NCBI RefSeq assembly: GCF_008831285.2
Contig: NC_045138.2
Location: forward strand, 3,534,001-3,598,000
DNA: 64,000 nt
Direction: 5' to 3'
Source: Nymphaea colorata
Taxonomy: Eukaryota
A program made the position numbers and the translations under genes. This document shows, one piece after another, positions 11,001 through 21,688 of the stretch; position 1 is the stretch's first letter; each line of letters opens with the position of its first letter. The notes beneath the pieces are model-generated. The model worked only from the letters and a program-made list of their open reading frames with translations, did no database searches and had not been told where the DNA came from.

Positions 11001-12410
11001 TCAAGATATTGCAGATTTCAATATTAAAGATCATGAACGATCACTATCACAAGCATCTGTACATCAGACAACCTGTAGCAAAGAGACTGATCTACCTATC
11101 CCAAACCATCTTATCATATTCACCCAATGACAACTCGGTCAAAATCTTAGATTCCAGATTTCTTGATCGGATCCTTTGCTCTTCATCTACACTAAAGGAG
11201 AAGAAAGATTATTTTTGTTAGTCTATGTTGATGATCTTATCATTATTGGGTCATCTTGCATTAGTATTTCCAAAATAATTTTGCAGCTTGGGCAATAATT
11301 TTTTGTCAAGGATTTAGGAACATTATCCTATTTTCTTGTAGTTGAAGTCACTCAAAAGTCATATGCTTTATATCTATGTCAACAACAAGATATCAAAAAT
11401 ATTATCTCCCGAGCAAACATGGGTACATCTAAAGATCTATTTCTCGAATGAGTCCAACTAACACTGAAAAACAGGATGATCAGTCGTTTTATGATCTATC
11501 TCTCTATCACAGCATAGTTGCAGCCCTGGAGTATGCTACCCATACACGATCCGACATTGCATTTGTTGTCAACCGAGCGTGCCAATTCATGCATGCACCT
11601 TTAGCTGGTCATTGGACTATAGTGAAGCAAATCCTATGCTATCTTGATGAAACCAATCACTATTCTCTTAAACTAGTTCGGTCTCTATCATTGTAGCTTA
11701 GCCTCTTCGTTGATGCAGATTGAGCTGGAAGTTCATAGGATTGAAAATCAACTGTGGGATTTGTCACATTTTTAGGTAATAATGTTGCTTCTAGAAAACA
11801 ATGCATTGTTGCTCATTCCAGCAGAGAGGTTGAATAGAAGTTCCTCGCATGTGCTGCCACAGAAGTGTTGTGGCTAAAATCTCTCGTTCAGGATCTAGAA
11901 GAAAAAGTGATTCAGCCACCTATACTATGGTGTGATAATCTTGGAGCATTATACCTTACAAGTAACCTTGTATTTCACGCATGCACCAAACACATTGAAG
12001 TCGACTTCCATTTTGTATGGGATCATGTTAGCAAGAGTCACATTTAAATAAAATTCATTCAGACGAATGAACAACTAATCGATGGCTTAACAAAGGCGTT
12101 CAACTCCAATCCTTTTAGAAATTTCAGAACCAAGCTAAATGTTGTGGAGCCCCCATTCAGCTTGAGGGAGAATGTTAAGGAAATCCTTGAAGTCAAGGAG
12201 AAGAGATAATGACTAAAAATATAGCAAGTGGTTATGAGTCTTTGGTTGCGATCAGATTTGAGGTTCAAAAACAGAAAATCTTTTGAATCTCGTATTGATA
12301 TCCTTTAATGTTGTTACCATAGTTATCTCATTGTAAACTATATATAGAGTTGTAAACCATCGTTAAATACATCTTCTTGAGAAAAATAAAAGATTAGTGA
12401 GTACTTTCTA
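8095..12410 (+). mobile_element. Decayed Ty1/Copia LTR retrotransposon (Ale-like), non-autonomous
   Basis: 238-bp LTRs at 8095-8332 and 12173-12410, with about 30 differences by manual alignment. PBS TGGTATCAGAGCC at 8333, PPT GAGGGAGAA at 12164-12172, TSD CTTTC/CCTTC. Broken coding remnants: VKLNGDNYLH*, CQYCDRKGHFARSC, EQNGIVERKNKHVVE, LVYVDDLII, LWCDNLGA, KHIEVDFHFV. Many stops and frameshifts. Confidence 0.93.
9016..9215. mobile_element. 200-bp hAT-type MITE nested in the gag of the decayed Copia
   Basis: Perfect 11-bp TIRs CTATGTCACCA / TGGTGACATAG and a perfect 8-bp TSD TTTCACAA (9008-9015, 9216-9223). AT-rich core with subterminal GCACCC repeats. Confidence 0.93.
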
Positions 12411-14809
12411 CCTTCCAGCCTAACAAGCACACCATCAATGTGAGAGAAGCCCATCAATCATGCTACTTTTTTTTTTTTTTTGGGGTGAGTGGGTTCTTCA
12501 CCGCCCCAAAGCTAGGCCTTTGTTTTCTCCCAGGCCTCTCGCTCTCAGGGTTCACAAAGCATGTTATGGGGATGGTTTAAGAAATGAGTGTATGAGAATG
12601 GTAATTTAAACCCCTTGTCAATGAACTGTCTTACCGTCTGGTGTGCTATCCCCTTCGAGGCACGAACGATGCTATTCTAATGTAGGAAAGAGCCATAAAA
12701 CCTTTCTTTTAGCAGAAAGCGGTGTTCACCCTGCTCGATAACACTCCTACCAAAAGAGTTACTCATTGACACGCTCACTCCATTGCTTTCATGCTTCCTG
12801 AGTGATTTATACTTTACCGCCTTTCTTTCACACACGCTTCTTCTTTTACACTTTCGTAACATTATCCCACTTCTCGCTCCATGCTAAACTACTGGCACTC
12901 GCTTTCTCAGACCCTCGTAGCATATTACTTCTGTCTTCAATATCAGCCAACCATGGAGTATGGTAAGTGTATTCCATCTGCTGCAAAGCAAACTGTTCAT
13001 CTCGTGAGACAGTAAGCATCCACGTCAAGGAAATGAGCTATGAAGGATGGGTTAACCAACGACACTTTCAAATCCGACTCATAACGAAGTCCTTCTATGT
13101 AACTCAGGAGTGATGTCGACCATGCTCTCTGCATCAATCATCATCTTCACCCCACTTTCAATTAGCTTTTCATCAACTAGCTTTTATTTTTCTGATTCTA
13201 TGCCTCTTCTTGATGTTTTTTCTTCATGCATCTTTATTGCTTTTTATGATGATTTGTGTAACTCTGGCTACAGTTGTCACCAGATTTTGGTTTTAGTGTC
13301 TTCCCATTTGACTCTCTCTCTAAATGATAAAGTGCCGTTATGTTAGAGAAACTGAGACGATTGCAGTCCCTATAGAACAACAGTCACGACCAAGCTCCAG
13401 AAATGTGATAAACAGCGGTGAAAGGTAGAGACAATATGCCAAATATCGACACCGTTAGATACTTACAGACACTGCTGCGTCTGTGATTCAGCTCGTTGAT
13501 AAATGAATCATACAACTTTGTAGTTACTTGATCTTATGTACCAGTGGTCGGCAGTTCTTTCAAATTTGCATAAGCAAAGACAGGAATAGGCGAATAGCAC
13601 AACCATTCTCCATGTCAGAAGACTCAGAACCCCCAGAGAAAGGATAAGAACAGAGTCATCATTAACATAAAAATCAAACCTGATTTAGTAATTGTTCAAT
13701 TGCACGAACTCCTTGGGCTCAATGACTAACCGCGTCTCCCATTAAAAGCTTAGAAAACCATGACATGCCTAATGATAGGCTCACCCAACAGAAGAACGAT
13801 CTTCAAATTAAATTTCATTTGCGTCAATGCCTTCAGCTCTTACAAGCGACTGGAATGCATAATGTTCTCCGACCCATTGACACCAACAAAAGATAAGCAA
13901 TAAAACAATAAATGCAGTTACAAAGAGCCAGGTTTTCATGAGGAGAATCGAGATCGTACCTAGACGTACAACTCAGGCCAAACCAAAGAAACTATCAACC
14001 GGGAGTTGCACGCGCAGTGAAAGTTCGCACTATAACAAGACGATCGATCACCTTGCACATTCCTCTGATACAAGGAAATTGAAAACGCAATAATGTGTTA
14101 CTAAGTGGAATGGAGTACAGAAACTGAAATTTGTGGCCACCAAGTGACAAATTCCAACCATACGTCTACTCAGTTGTGGACATAGAATTGCATGCGACAT
14201 GGGTACAAGGCAATATCTGAAACAAGTAACTATTCTGCATAAAGACGCGAAGAACTGAGAGAAATGCCACAATGCTCTCCTTTTCTTCTTCAATGGAATA
14301 AGGAGTATGCTCAATCTAAACAATAGACAGCGCCCGCGTCTCAAAACCTTTCCACATTTAAAAATTAAACAACCTAAAGGACATCAAGAAGAGAGAATTG
14401 CGAAGATACTAACGAAATCCAAGCCAAGTAAAGCAGAGATAATGAAACAATAACTTAACAGGGCATGCATTCATTCGCAAATAATGGAAGCACCTAAATA
14501 ACCAGATAACATTAACCATTTTCAATTACTCATACGCTAACCAGGGAGGGGGAGGTTATTCAGGGAAAAGAAAGAAAAAGCAAAACGAAGAGTTTTGTTC
14601 TGTTCACTTCTCCGTCTATGAATCAAAAATCCCTTCAGAAGATCCGAAAAGGAGGAATATTTCAATGCCTAAAGCTAAACAAACAGACAAGCAAGTAGAA
14701 ACATTAGAAACCGAGGAAACGAAACTACTTTCTCTTTTCCAGTTCTAATTTTCACTTCCCAGCGGCAAAAGGGGAAAGAAGGGGCTGCACTGCCGCTCTC
14801 TTTGCTGTC

Positions 14810-15310
14810 TCAGGCTTCCGGTATTTCCACGTCGCCGTCCGTGATCTCCGTTTGCAGGTCCTTGGGATCCTTGCCATCGACGGTGCAGCCGACGGAGACG
14901 CATGTGCCAAGGATCTCCTTGACGGTGCCGGCGAGGTCCTTGGCCATGGACCTGGGCTTCATAACGCGGGCAATCTCGATGACATCGTCCAAGGAGATGT
15001 TGCCATTGTGCTTGATGTTCTTTGTCTTCTTCCGGTCGCGCTCCGGCTCCTTCAGTGCCTTGATGACGAGGGCGGCGGCGCTGGGAACGACGAAGACCTT
15101 GGCCTGCCGGTTCTGGACAGTGAGCTTCACGGTGACGCGCAGGCCCTTCCAGTCCTTGGCCGTTTCCTTGGCGATGTCTTCTCCTATCTTCTTCGGCGAC
15201 AAACCCAGAGGCCCGATCTTCGGCGCCAGAGACGACGCCGCCCCGACTTCTCCGCCCGTCACCCGGACGTACACCTCCACGATCTGCGTCGGATCGAACT
15301 TCGGCGGCAT
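14810..15310 (-). CDS. RPL12: 60S ribosomal protein L12 (uL11), 166 aa, intronless
   Basis: MPPKFDP...[55 protein letters not shown]... is the full-length canonical sequence. Pyrimidine-rich leader and a telo-box-like GAACCCTAG near 15405. Confidence 0.99.
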   Translation of the reverse strand: MPPKFDPTQIVEVYVRVTGGEVGAASSLAPKIGPLGLSPKKIGEDIAKETAKDWKGLRVTVKLTVQNRQAKVFVVPSAAALVIKALKEPERDRKKTKNIKHNGNISLDDVIEIARVMKPRSMAKDLAGTVKEILGTCVSVGCTVDGKDPKDLQTEITDGDVEIPEA

Positions 15311-17567
15311 CGCTGCTGCTGCTGCTGTTGCTTTCCCTGTCTTTGAGTAGGGAGGGCGGAGACGCGGAAGAACGAAAGAAGAAGAAGAGACCAGAAATCC
15401 TGCCTAGGGTTCACTTCTTTCTTCGGGTCATGCACAACACACAAGCGATAGATACTGCGTTGTGGGTGCAAACAGGATCGGGTCCCATGGTACACATCCC
15501 CTAATCCAAATCTCCTAAAAAACAAACCGGGTTCCAGTTAACCCAATATTTATCCGATCATGAAGTAGAATTGAGAGATTTCTAAACTCACACTTGCTTT
15601 TATTCTATTTCTTTACGTTTCTAACTATGCAAAAAGTTTCTGTTTATTCCGATTTTTTGGTAGAAAAAGAAAACTGAATTCAATTCGTGAACAGAATTGG
15701 TTTTTTTTTTATTTATGTTTTCTCAGTGACTCATCAAGGATCATGGAACTCAGTTGCTGCTAAATAATTGAATTCGTATTGCATTTTTTCCATCCTATCC
15801 AAAATGGCAGGTTGCGTGGATTTTTTGAGACACATTTAGATCTGCGTTCTTCTTTTCAAAGTAGATGTCTTTTTGTTTGACGCTTGCTAGTTTTTGTTAT
15901 TTAGTTTGTTGTGATCATAATTATTGCTTTGAGTTCGTCCAAACCTATCAAGTATTCATAATGCTTAAGTACTTTTCAGATTTCTTTACTAAGGTTCATA
16001 ATTGATAAAAAATTCCTTGTCTTCCTATTATTTATGTTCCTCATCTGTTTTGGTGGTGTACACACTTATCCGATCCAATAGAGAATGGTTTAGTTATGTT
16101 TCTTTTGCTCCAATAGAGAATCGTTTAATTATGTCAAAACATTGTAGAAATCTTATTCATAGTCAACACATGTCAAAGAAAGTTTCTCTTTTTCCTTTTA
16201 TCATTAAGTAAACTCATGCCTTGTGCTCGTTGAAAAGAACAAAAAAAAAAAAAAAAAAAAAATCTCAGGTGCAAATGCATGAGTTGTCTTCTCTTGTTTA
16301 GTTTATACTGGTGTCTGATCGGTATGGTTCTTGTTTTACGTGCAGAGTATTGTTACCACACACACAGTAGTAGATGAGCTCGTCAGCTTGGCTCACATTC
16401 AACCAATGGGTAGCTAGCTATAAAATGCATATAACATGAAAAGGTTGGGCATTTGCCTTGGTTTAATCTGAGATACAATCAGTGAAGTAAAATAAGCAAA
16501 ACAGATACTGTTTGACTAAGTTTCTTCCAAGTATATGAAGAACAAGAAAACGAGATATTGGTGGTGACTGACAGTGTAATTGATAACACTGACATTGACG
16601 TTGGTGGTAGCAGTGGTTGCAAACTGTTGATGTGGTGAAGCAGGAACCAGTGATGGTTGCGGTTGCAATAGTGTTGTCAGAAATGGTCATGGTAGGAGCA
16701 GCATTCATAGTGATAGAGGAATGGAGATGATGAACTCTAAGTCAAGTCAATCAACAAATGCACACAGCTATGGATCTTCATGATTTCATCAACAATAAAC
16801 GATTATGAACAGCATCGCATAAGTACAGTGAAGAACTTTTGCATCGACAAGTTCTTTTGAAACCGATGAAACAAATAGAACTCCGAATCAAGAAGCAGCA
16901 GGTAGAAATATTAACAAGGTAGTTGACTTCACCACGCCGCCCCAGATGCAAAGGGTTATGATCTATTCAAATTGGTTAAAGGTGGCAATGAAGATGATCA
17001 TGATGACCGTCAGAGTATATGATATTATCCCTCCAACTAACCTAACTACCAAATATTATTTAATGGTCATGACTTTGGAAAATATATGCGACCATTCATC
17101 TTTGGTATCGCTTGATTGTCCAGAATAATTTAAGGTTCGCAATGAACGGTCTATCTTTTTATGCGCGTAGCTGTCTTGGTATCCAAGAAGCATGCAAAAA
17201 TTGAACGGTCGTGATCACGAGCAGATGTCGATCTACCATTACATGTTTATCCATATCAACCACTAAACGTTTCCTCATTATGTGTATTAAATTTAAAAAA
17301 AAAAATAGGAAGAGAGAGAGAGGAAGAGAGAAATGAGGGGGAGAGAGAGAGAGAGGAAGAGAAAAGATGTGCAAGGCGGCGGCACTGAGCTCAAAGCAAC
17401 TTCCAGTTCACCAACAAAGCTATACGGATAAAAAAGGGCAAAAAAGTTGACAGGGGTACCACAAAAGCCCACGCATCCACGGTCATAATTACAAGGATGA
17501 CCCTTTGCCCCTAGAGAATCCCAAAAATGGTAAGGGACAAGAGGAAACTCCGAGCAGAGATTCTCGA

Positions 17568-19504
17568 TCAGTGGATCAGGTTGGAACCAACGCGGTCCAG
17601 AGTCTCGGAAGCGAGGCGCATCCGCGGCCGGACCTCCGGGTCCTCCGCCGTGCAAGCCAGGGCCAGGTGGAACACGGCCAACACCTCCCGCTTGGCGTGC
17701 ACTTCCTGCAGCAACTTCGGGTCCACGATCTCCGGCATTGGCCGCTCCTCCTCGAACGCCCGCCTAACCCACCGCTCCAGCTCCATAGCCCCGCACCGCC
17801 TCGGCCGGGACTCCGGGGACAGCCCGGTGAGAAGCTCCAGCAGCACGATCCCAAAGGAGTAGACGTCCCACTTCTGGGTGGGCCTGCTCCCGACGATGCG
17901 GGCCTCGGGAGCTGCGTACGCTGCCGACGACGGCCCCGGAATAGGTGGCGGAGGGGCGTCGAAGCCCTTCGTTTGCTGCTGCTGCTGCGGTCCCCCGCCA
18001 CCAGTCGGCGGAGTCCGAAGTCGGAGATCTTGGCATCCAGTTGACCGTCGAGGAGGACGTTGGTCGACTTGATGTTGCCGTGGACGTACCTCTTGGGGCC
18101 GCAGTCGTGGAGATACGTAAGCCCCCTCGCCAGCCCTTTTCCGATCCCCAGCCTCCTCTCCCACGAGAGCTCCGGCACCGTCGACAGCGCCGTCCGGCAG
18201 TGTAGCGCGGAGTGGAGGCTCCCGTTGGGGATGTAATCGTAAATAAGGAGTTTCTCGTCTGGCGCCCAGTAATAAGCCAGAAGCCTGACAACGTTCGCGT
18301 GGCGGAGCCGGCCGATGGCCTCCACCTCCGCCTCGAACTCCCTGAACCTCTGCCACCCTCCCTCCGCCAGGCGCCTGACCGCCACCGCCTCCCGGCGGGC
18401 GGGTCCCAAAACCACCTTGTAGACGATTCCCGAGCTGCCCTTCCCGACGACGTAAGCGGAGGCCCTCAGCAGCTCCTCCATCTCCACCCCGAACCCTTCG
18501 TCCAGTATGCAGAAACTGCCGTTGGGTCCTTCATCCGCATTCCTCGGCAAGTAGCCCTCCTTGAGAGGCACGCCGCCGCCCTTCTCTCCGAACCCACCAC
18601 CGCCTCGACGCTGCCACCGCCACCCCTTCCGCCACCAGACTAGCAGAACCCCGGCCGCGGACACCGCGACAAGGACGATTGCGGCCCCAGAAACCACCCT
18701 CCTCCGGCCGTTCCATCCGTCCACAGGAGGCGAGTCCACCAGAACGGCCGATTCCGGCTGGATCATCGTGGCGTTCGAGGGCTTCCTGCAGGGGTTCTGG
18801 AGGGGAAAGCCGCAGAGGAGCGGGTTTCCCACGAAGGCGGAGGGACCCTGGTTCGCGAGGGAGCCATATTGAGGGAGGGGTCCGCTGAGGTTGTTGAACC
18901 GGAGATCTAGGCTGACGGCGATTGGAATGCTGCCTAGGGACTCCGGCACGGGGCCGGAGAAGCCGTTGTAGGAAAGGTTGAGAGTGCCAGAGAGTGCGGA
19001 CAGGTTGCCGAGCTCCGGCGGGATGGATCCGTTCAAGCGGTTGTTGGACAGGTCGAGCTGCACAAGGTCGGGGAGGTTGCCGATAGCTGGCGGAAGGGTG
19101 CCGACGAAGGCGTTGGTGGAGAGAACAAGGCGCTGGAGGAGGGAGCAGGAGGCAATGGCAGGGGGAATAGGGCCAGAGAGGTTGTTCCCAGGGAGGGAGA
19201 GGTGACGGAGGGAAGGGAGGGCGCCGATCTCGGAAGGAATGTACCCCAAGAGGCGTTTCCCTGGGAGGGAGATGCCGGCGACCCGGCCGGAGATGCAGCT
19301 GATGCCGGTCCAGCGGCAGGGGGAAGGGTCGGACTCCACCCAGTCGGAGAGCGCACGGGTGGGATCAGAGGTGATGGCAGACTTGAGGGCGAGGAGAGAG
19401 AGCCCGTCCGGCGTGAGGGAAGAAACCGGCGTTGAGAAGAAGAAGAGTGCCACCGCCGAAAGGGCGAAAAAGATGGCGCAGAGGTGTGGAACATACGCCG
19501 CCAT
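17568..19504 (-). CDS. LRR receptor-like kinase, LRR-III/ZAR1-related (At3g57830/At1g67510-like), atypical kinase; apparent 1-bp frameshift near 17919-18012
   Basis: Signal peptide, LRRNT (DPSPCRWTGISC), LRRs, GNPLLCGFPLQNPC, TM helix and kinase up to KISDFGL lie in ORF 17576-19504. The C-lobe (YAAPE, KWDVYSFG, CTAEDPEVRPRM) lies in the frame of ORF 17568-18356. Adding one base gives 645 aa. Either a pseudogene allele or a sequencing error. Confidence 0.9.
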
Positions 19505-21056
19505 TACTGCTTTCTCTCGCTCCCTTTTCTCCGTCGCCTTCCGTTTTCTTTCCGAACATGCAACTTTTTATTTTTCATGCAACTTTGAGTGAGAGAGAGA
19601 GAGAGAGAGAGTGTGGCAAAAATCAGATGCGTCTTTATGACTCTAATTTTTTTTGTGATTCCTGCCGTTCTTTCACCGATCCAAAATTTGAAAACCATTT
19701 CAACTCCCTGATCCAAATCTGAAATGAAATTTAGGATATCCTTTCTCGATAAGGATGCACCTAAAACTTTAAAATGCTGAGATAAGAAGCAGTGTGTGGG
19801 CTGCCACTCTTGCCCCTTTTAAAAACAACATTTTATCTTTGAATCATTATATTGACATGTTGCTTTGTTCTGGATGGAAGAGATGCCAAAGATGCTTCCA
19901 ACTTGGAAGTTCATGAACTTGGGCATGCATAATAGCGTGATGCCAAAAACAGTTTGTCATTTTCACCTCCAAGTCTCAGGTGCAACGTCTGTTTACATAT
20001 TTTCGAAAACACTATAATAAAATGGCTTGTAATTTTGCTTATTTCCTTTTTCCGGTGGCTGGCGCGCCGCCGGAAAAGCCCGGCCCCGGTCTGACCACCA
20101 AGGCTCGAGGCCTGAGCCCGGACCCAGCTCAATTATAATTTGAAAAAAGACAATAAAAAAAGGAGGTCCTTCTGCTTGCCTCGGGTGCTGGGGGCCCGTA
20201 GAGTCGGAGATATTTAATTCCTCTGCAGGGACTCCGAGAGACGAATCGTGCCTCATTCATTCAGCAGTGGACGTGTTTTTAACCTTCTTCATTTCATCGT
20301 GGGAGCCGTTCGAAATTCAAACCGCCTGTCCATATTCTTTTCTCTCTTAATGGATTAGATTACCGGGTTCCGTCGGTACCCGATCCGACCTGGACAAGAT
20401 TCTTTACTTTATATATATACATATAAAACAAGTGATGGTGAGTTTTTTTTCCAAATGGGAGAAAAGAAATAAAAAAAAAAAAAAAACAATACAGTGGGGG
20501 GATGGGGTTTGACCAAAAGGGTCTTACAACTCTCGCCAGCGCATTCAAAATTTGAATGCACGAAGAGCAACGAGGTAAGGGTAGTTCCGGAACCAACGGG
20601 GTGGGGCGGGGGTAAGATCGTCCACATGTCCCAAGGGCATCAGTCACCTGACGAAACTCGCCTTCCTTTTTCATTCTTAGTATTTTTATTAAAGCTGCGA
20701 CGTATATCTGGAATGCCGATCCGCGACCCGCTCGTTCGGAAACGGAAAATGTGTCCTCCCGAAGCGGACAGCTAGGCACCCGACCCGATAGAAATCGGAA
20801 CACCGATTCAGTCGACGTACCAACCATCCCATTCTTTAAGTTTTGGGAAACCGAAACTCGGCCGGTGGTACCAGCGTAATAAAGCAGGATATCTCGGGCA
20901 TTACGCGAAAGCCTCCGCATCGAGAGCCCGAAGACGAGGACGCGTCGGTCCCGGTCATCTCACAAAAGAAGATATAAAAAAAAAACCACGCGGATAAAAA
21001 GACGCAAACGTCAGAAAGAAAAAAAGGAAAGGACGGCCGCGTCCTCCGTGTTCCCC

Positions 21057-21405
21057 AAACCCTAAATCGTCTTTCGAGAACCGCCTCGGCCCTCAGCCCC
21101 TCGAAAGAAGGGAAGCAATAAAGGGAGGACCGCAGAGAAATTTTATTTCGCTGGGTGGCCTTTTTCGTCTGTTCTGTTCCTTGCCAAACAGAGAGAGAGA
21201 GAGAGAGAGAGGCGCGTGAAGGAGGAAGCAAAAGGGTTTTCGAAAACCGCCTTTTTTTTTCAAAACCGCTTTCTTCTTTAAATACCGGAGCGAAAAACAG
21301 GGAAAAAGATAACCTCAGAAAAACCGGGTTTCCTGAACCGCCTTCCTTCACCAAACGCAAGAAAGACGAACATCGAACGAAGATTTTTGCCCCTAATTAG
21401 GGTTT
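21057..21405. promoter_or_regulatory. Telo-box motifs upstream of the PHD-finger gene
   Basis: AAACCCTAA at 21057-21065 and CCCTAATTAGGGTTT at about 21390-21405, with a GA repeat between them, in a CpG-rich promoter/leader region. Motif match only. Confidence 0.45.
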
Positions 21406-21688
21406 CAGCCTTCCTCCGGACCCCCAACTTCTGCCAGAGAAGAGAGAGTTTGAGAGAGGGAGATCTGTTGGTTTTGTTTTCTTTTTGATCTGCAAAAAAG
21501 ATTCCGACCAAAACTAAATTAAGAAGGGGAAGAGGAAAACCGGGGAGATCTTCACGTTGATTTCGTGAGACCCTTCGCTCCGAATAGAAATCTAAACCTA
21601 AACTTCGAAACCAACGAACCGAAAGAATTTTGACAGGCGAGGAATCGAGGAAGCCCACATCGAACAAGGATCGACGCGTCCCGCAGCG

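Noticed and set aside
14810..15350. Intronless RPL12 as a retrocopy, and its antisense ORFs of 182 and 164 aa
   Set aside because: Plant RPL12 coding regions are normally intronless, promoter-like features are present, and there is no poly(A) or TSD. The antisense ORFs are codon-bias shadows.
17293..19722. Many overlapping ORFs around the RLK as a multi-gene or overlapping-gene system
   Set aside because: Explained by high GC content. Only the two frames that together form the kinase have protein motifs.
20360..21667. ORFs of 120-186 aa between the RLK and PHD genes
   Set aside because: They run through poly(A/T) and GA tracts of a promoter/leader region and encode low-complexity text with no domain.
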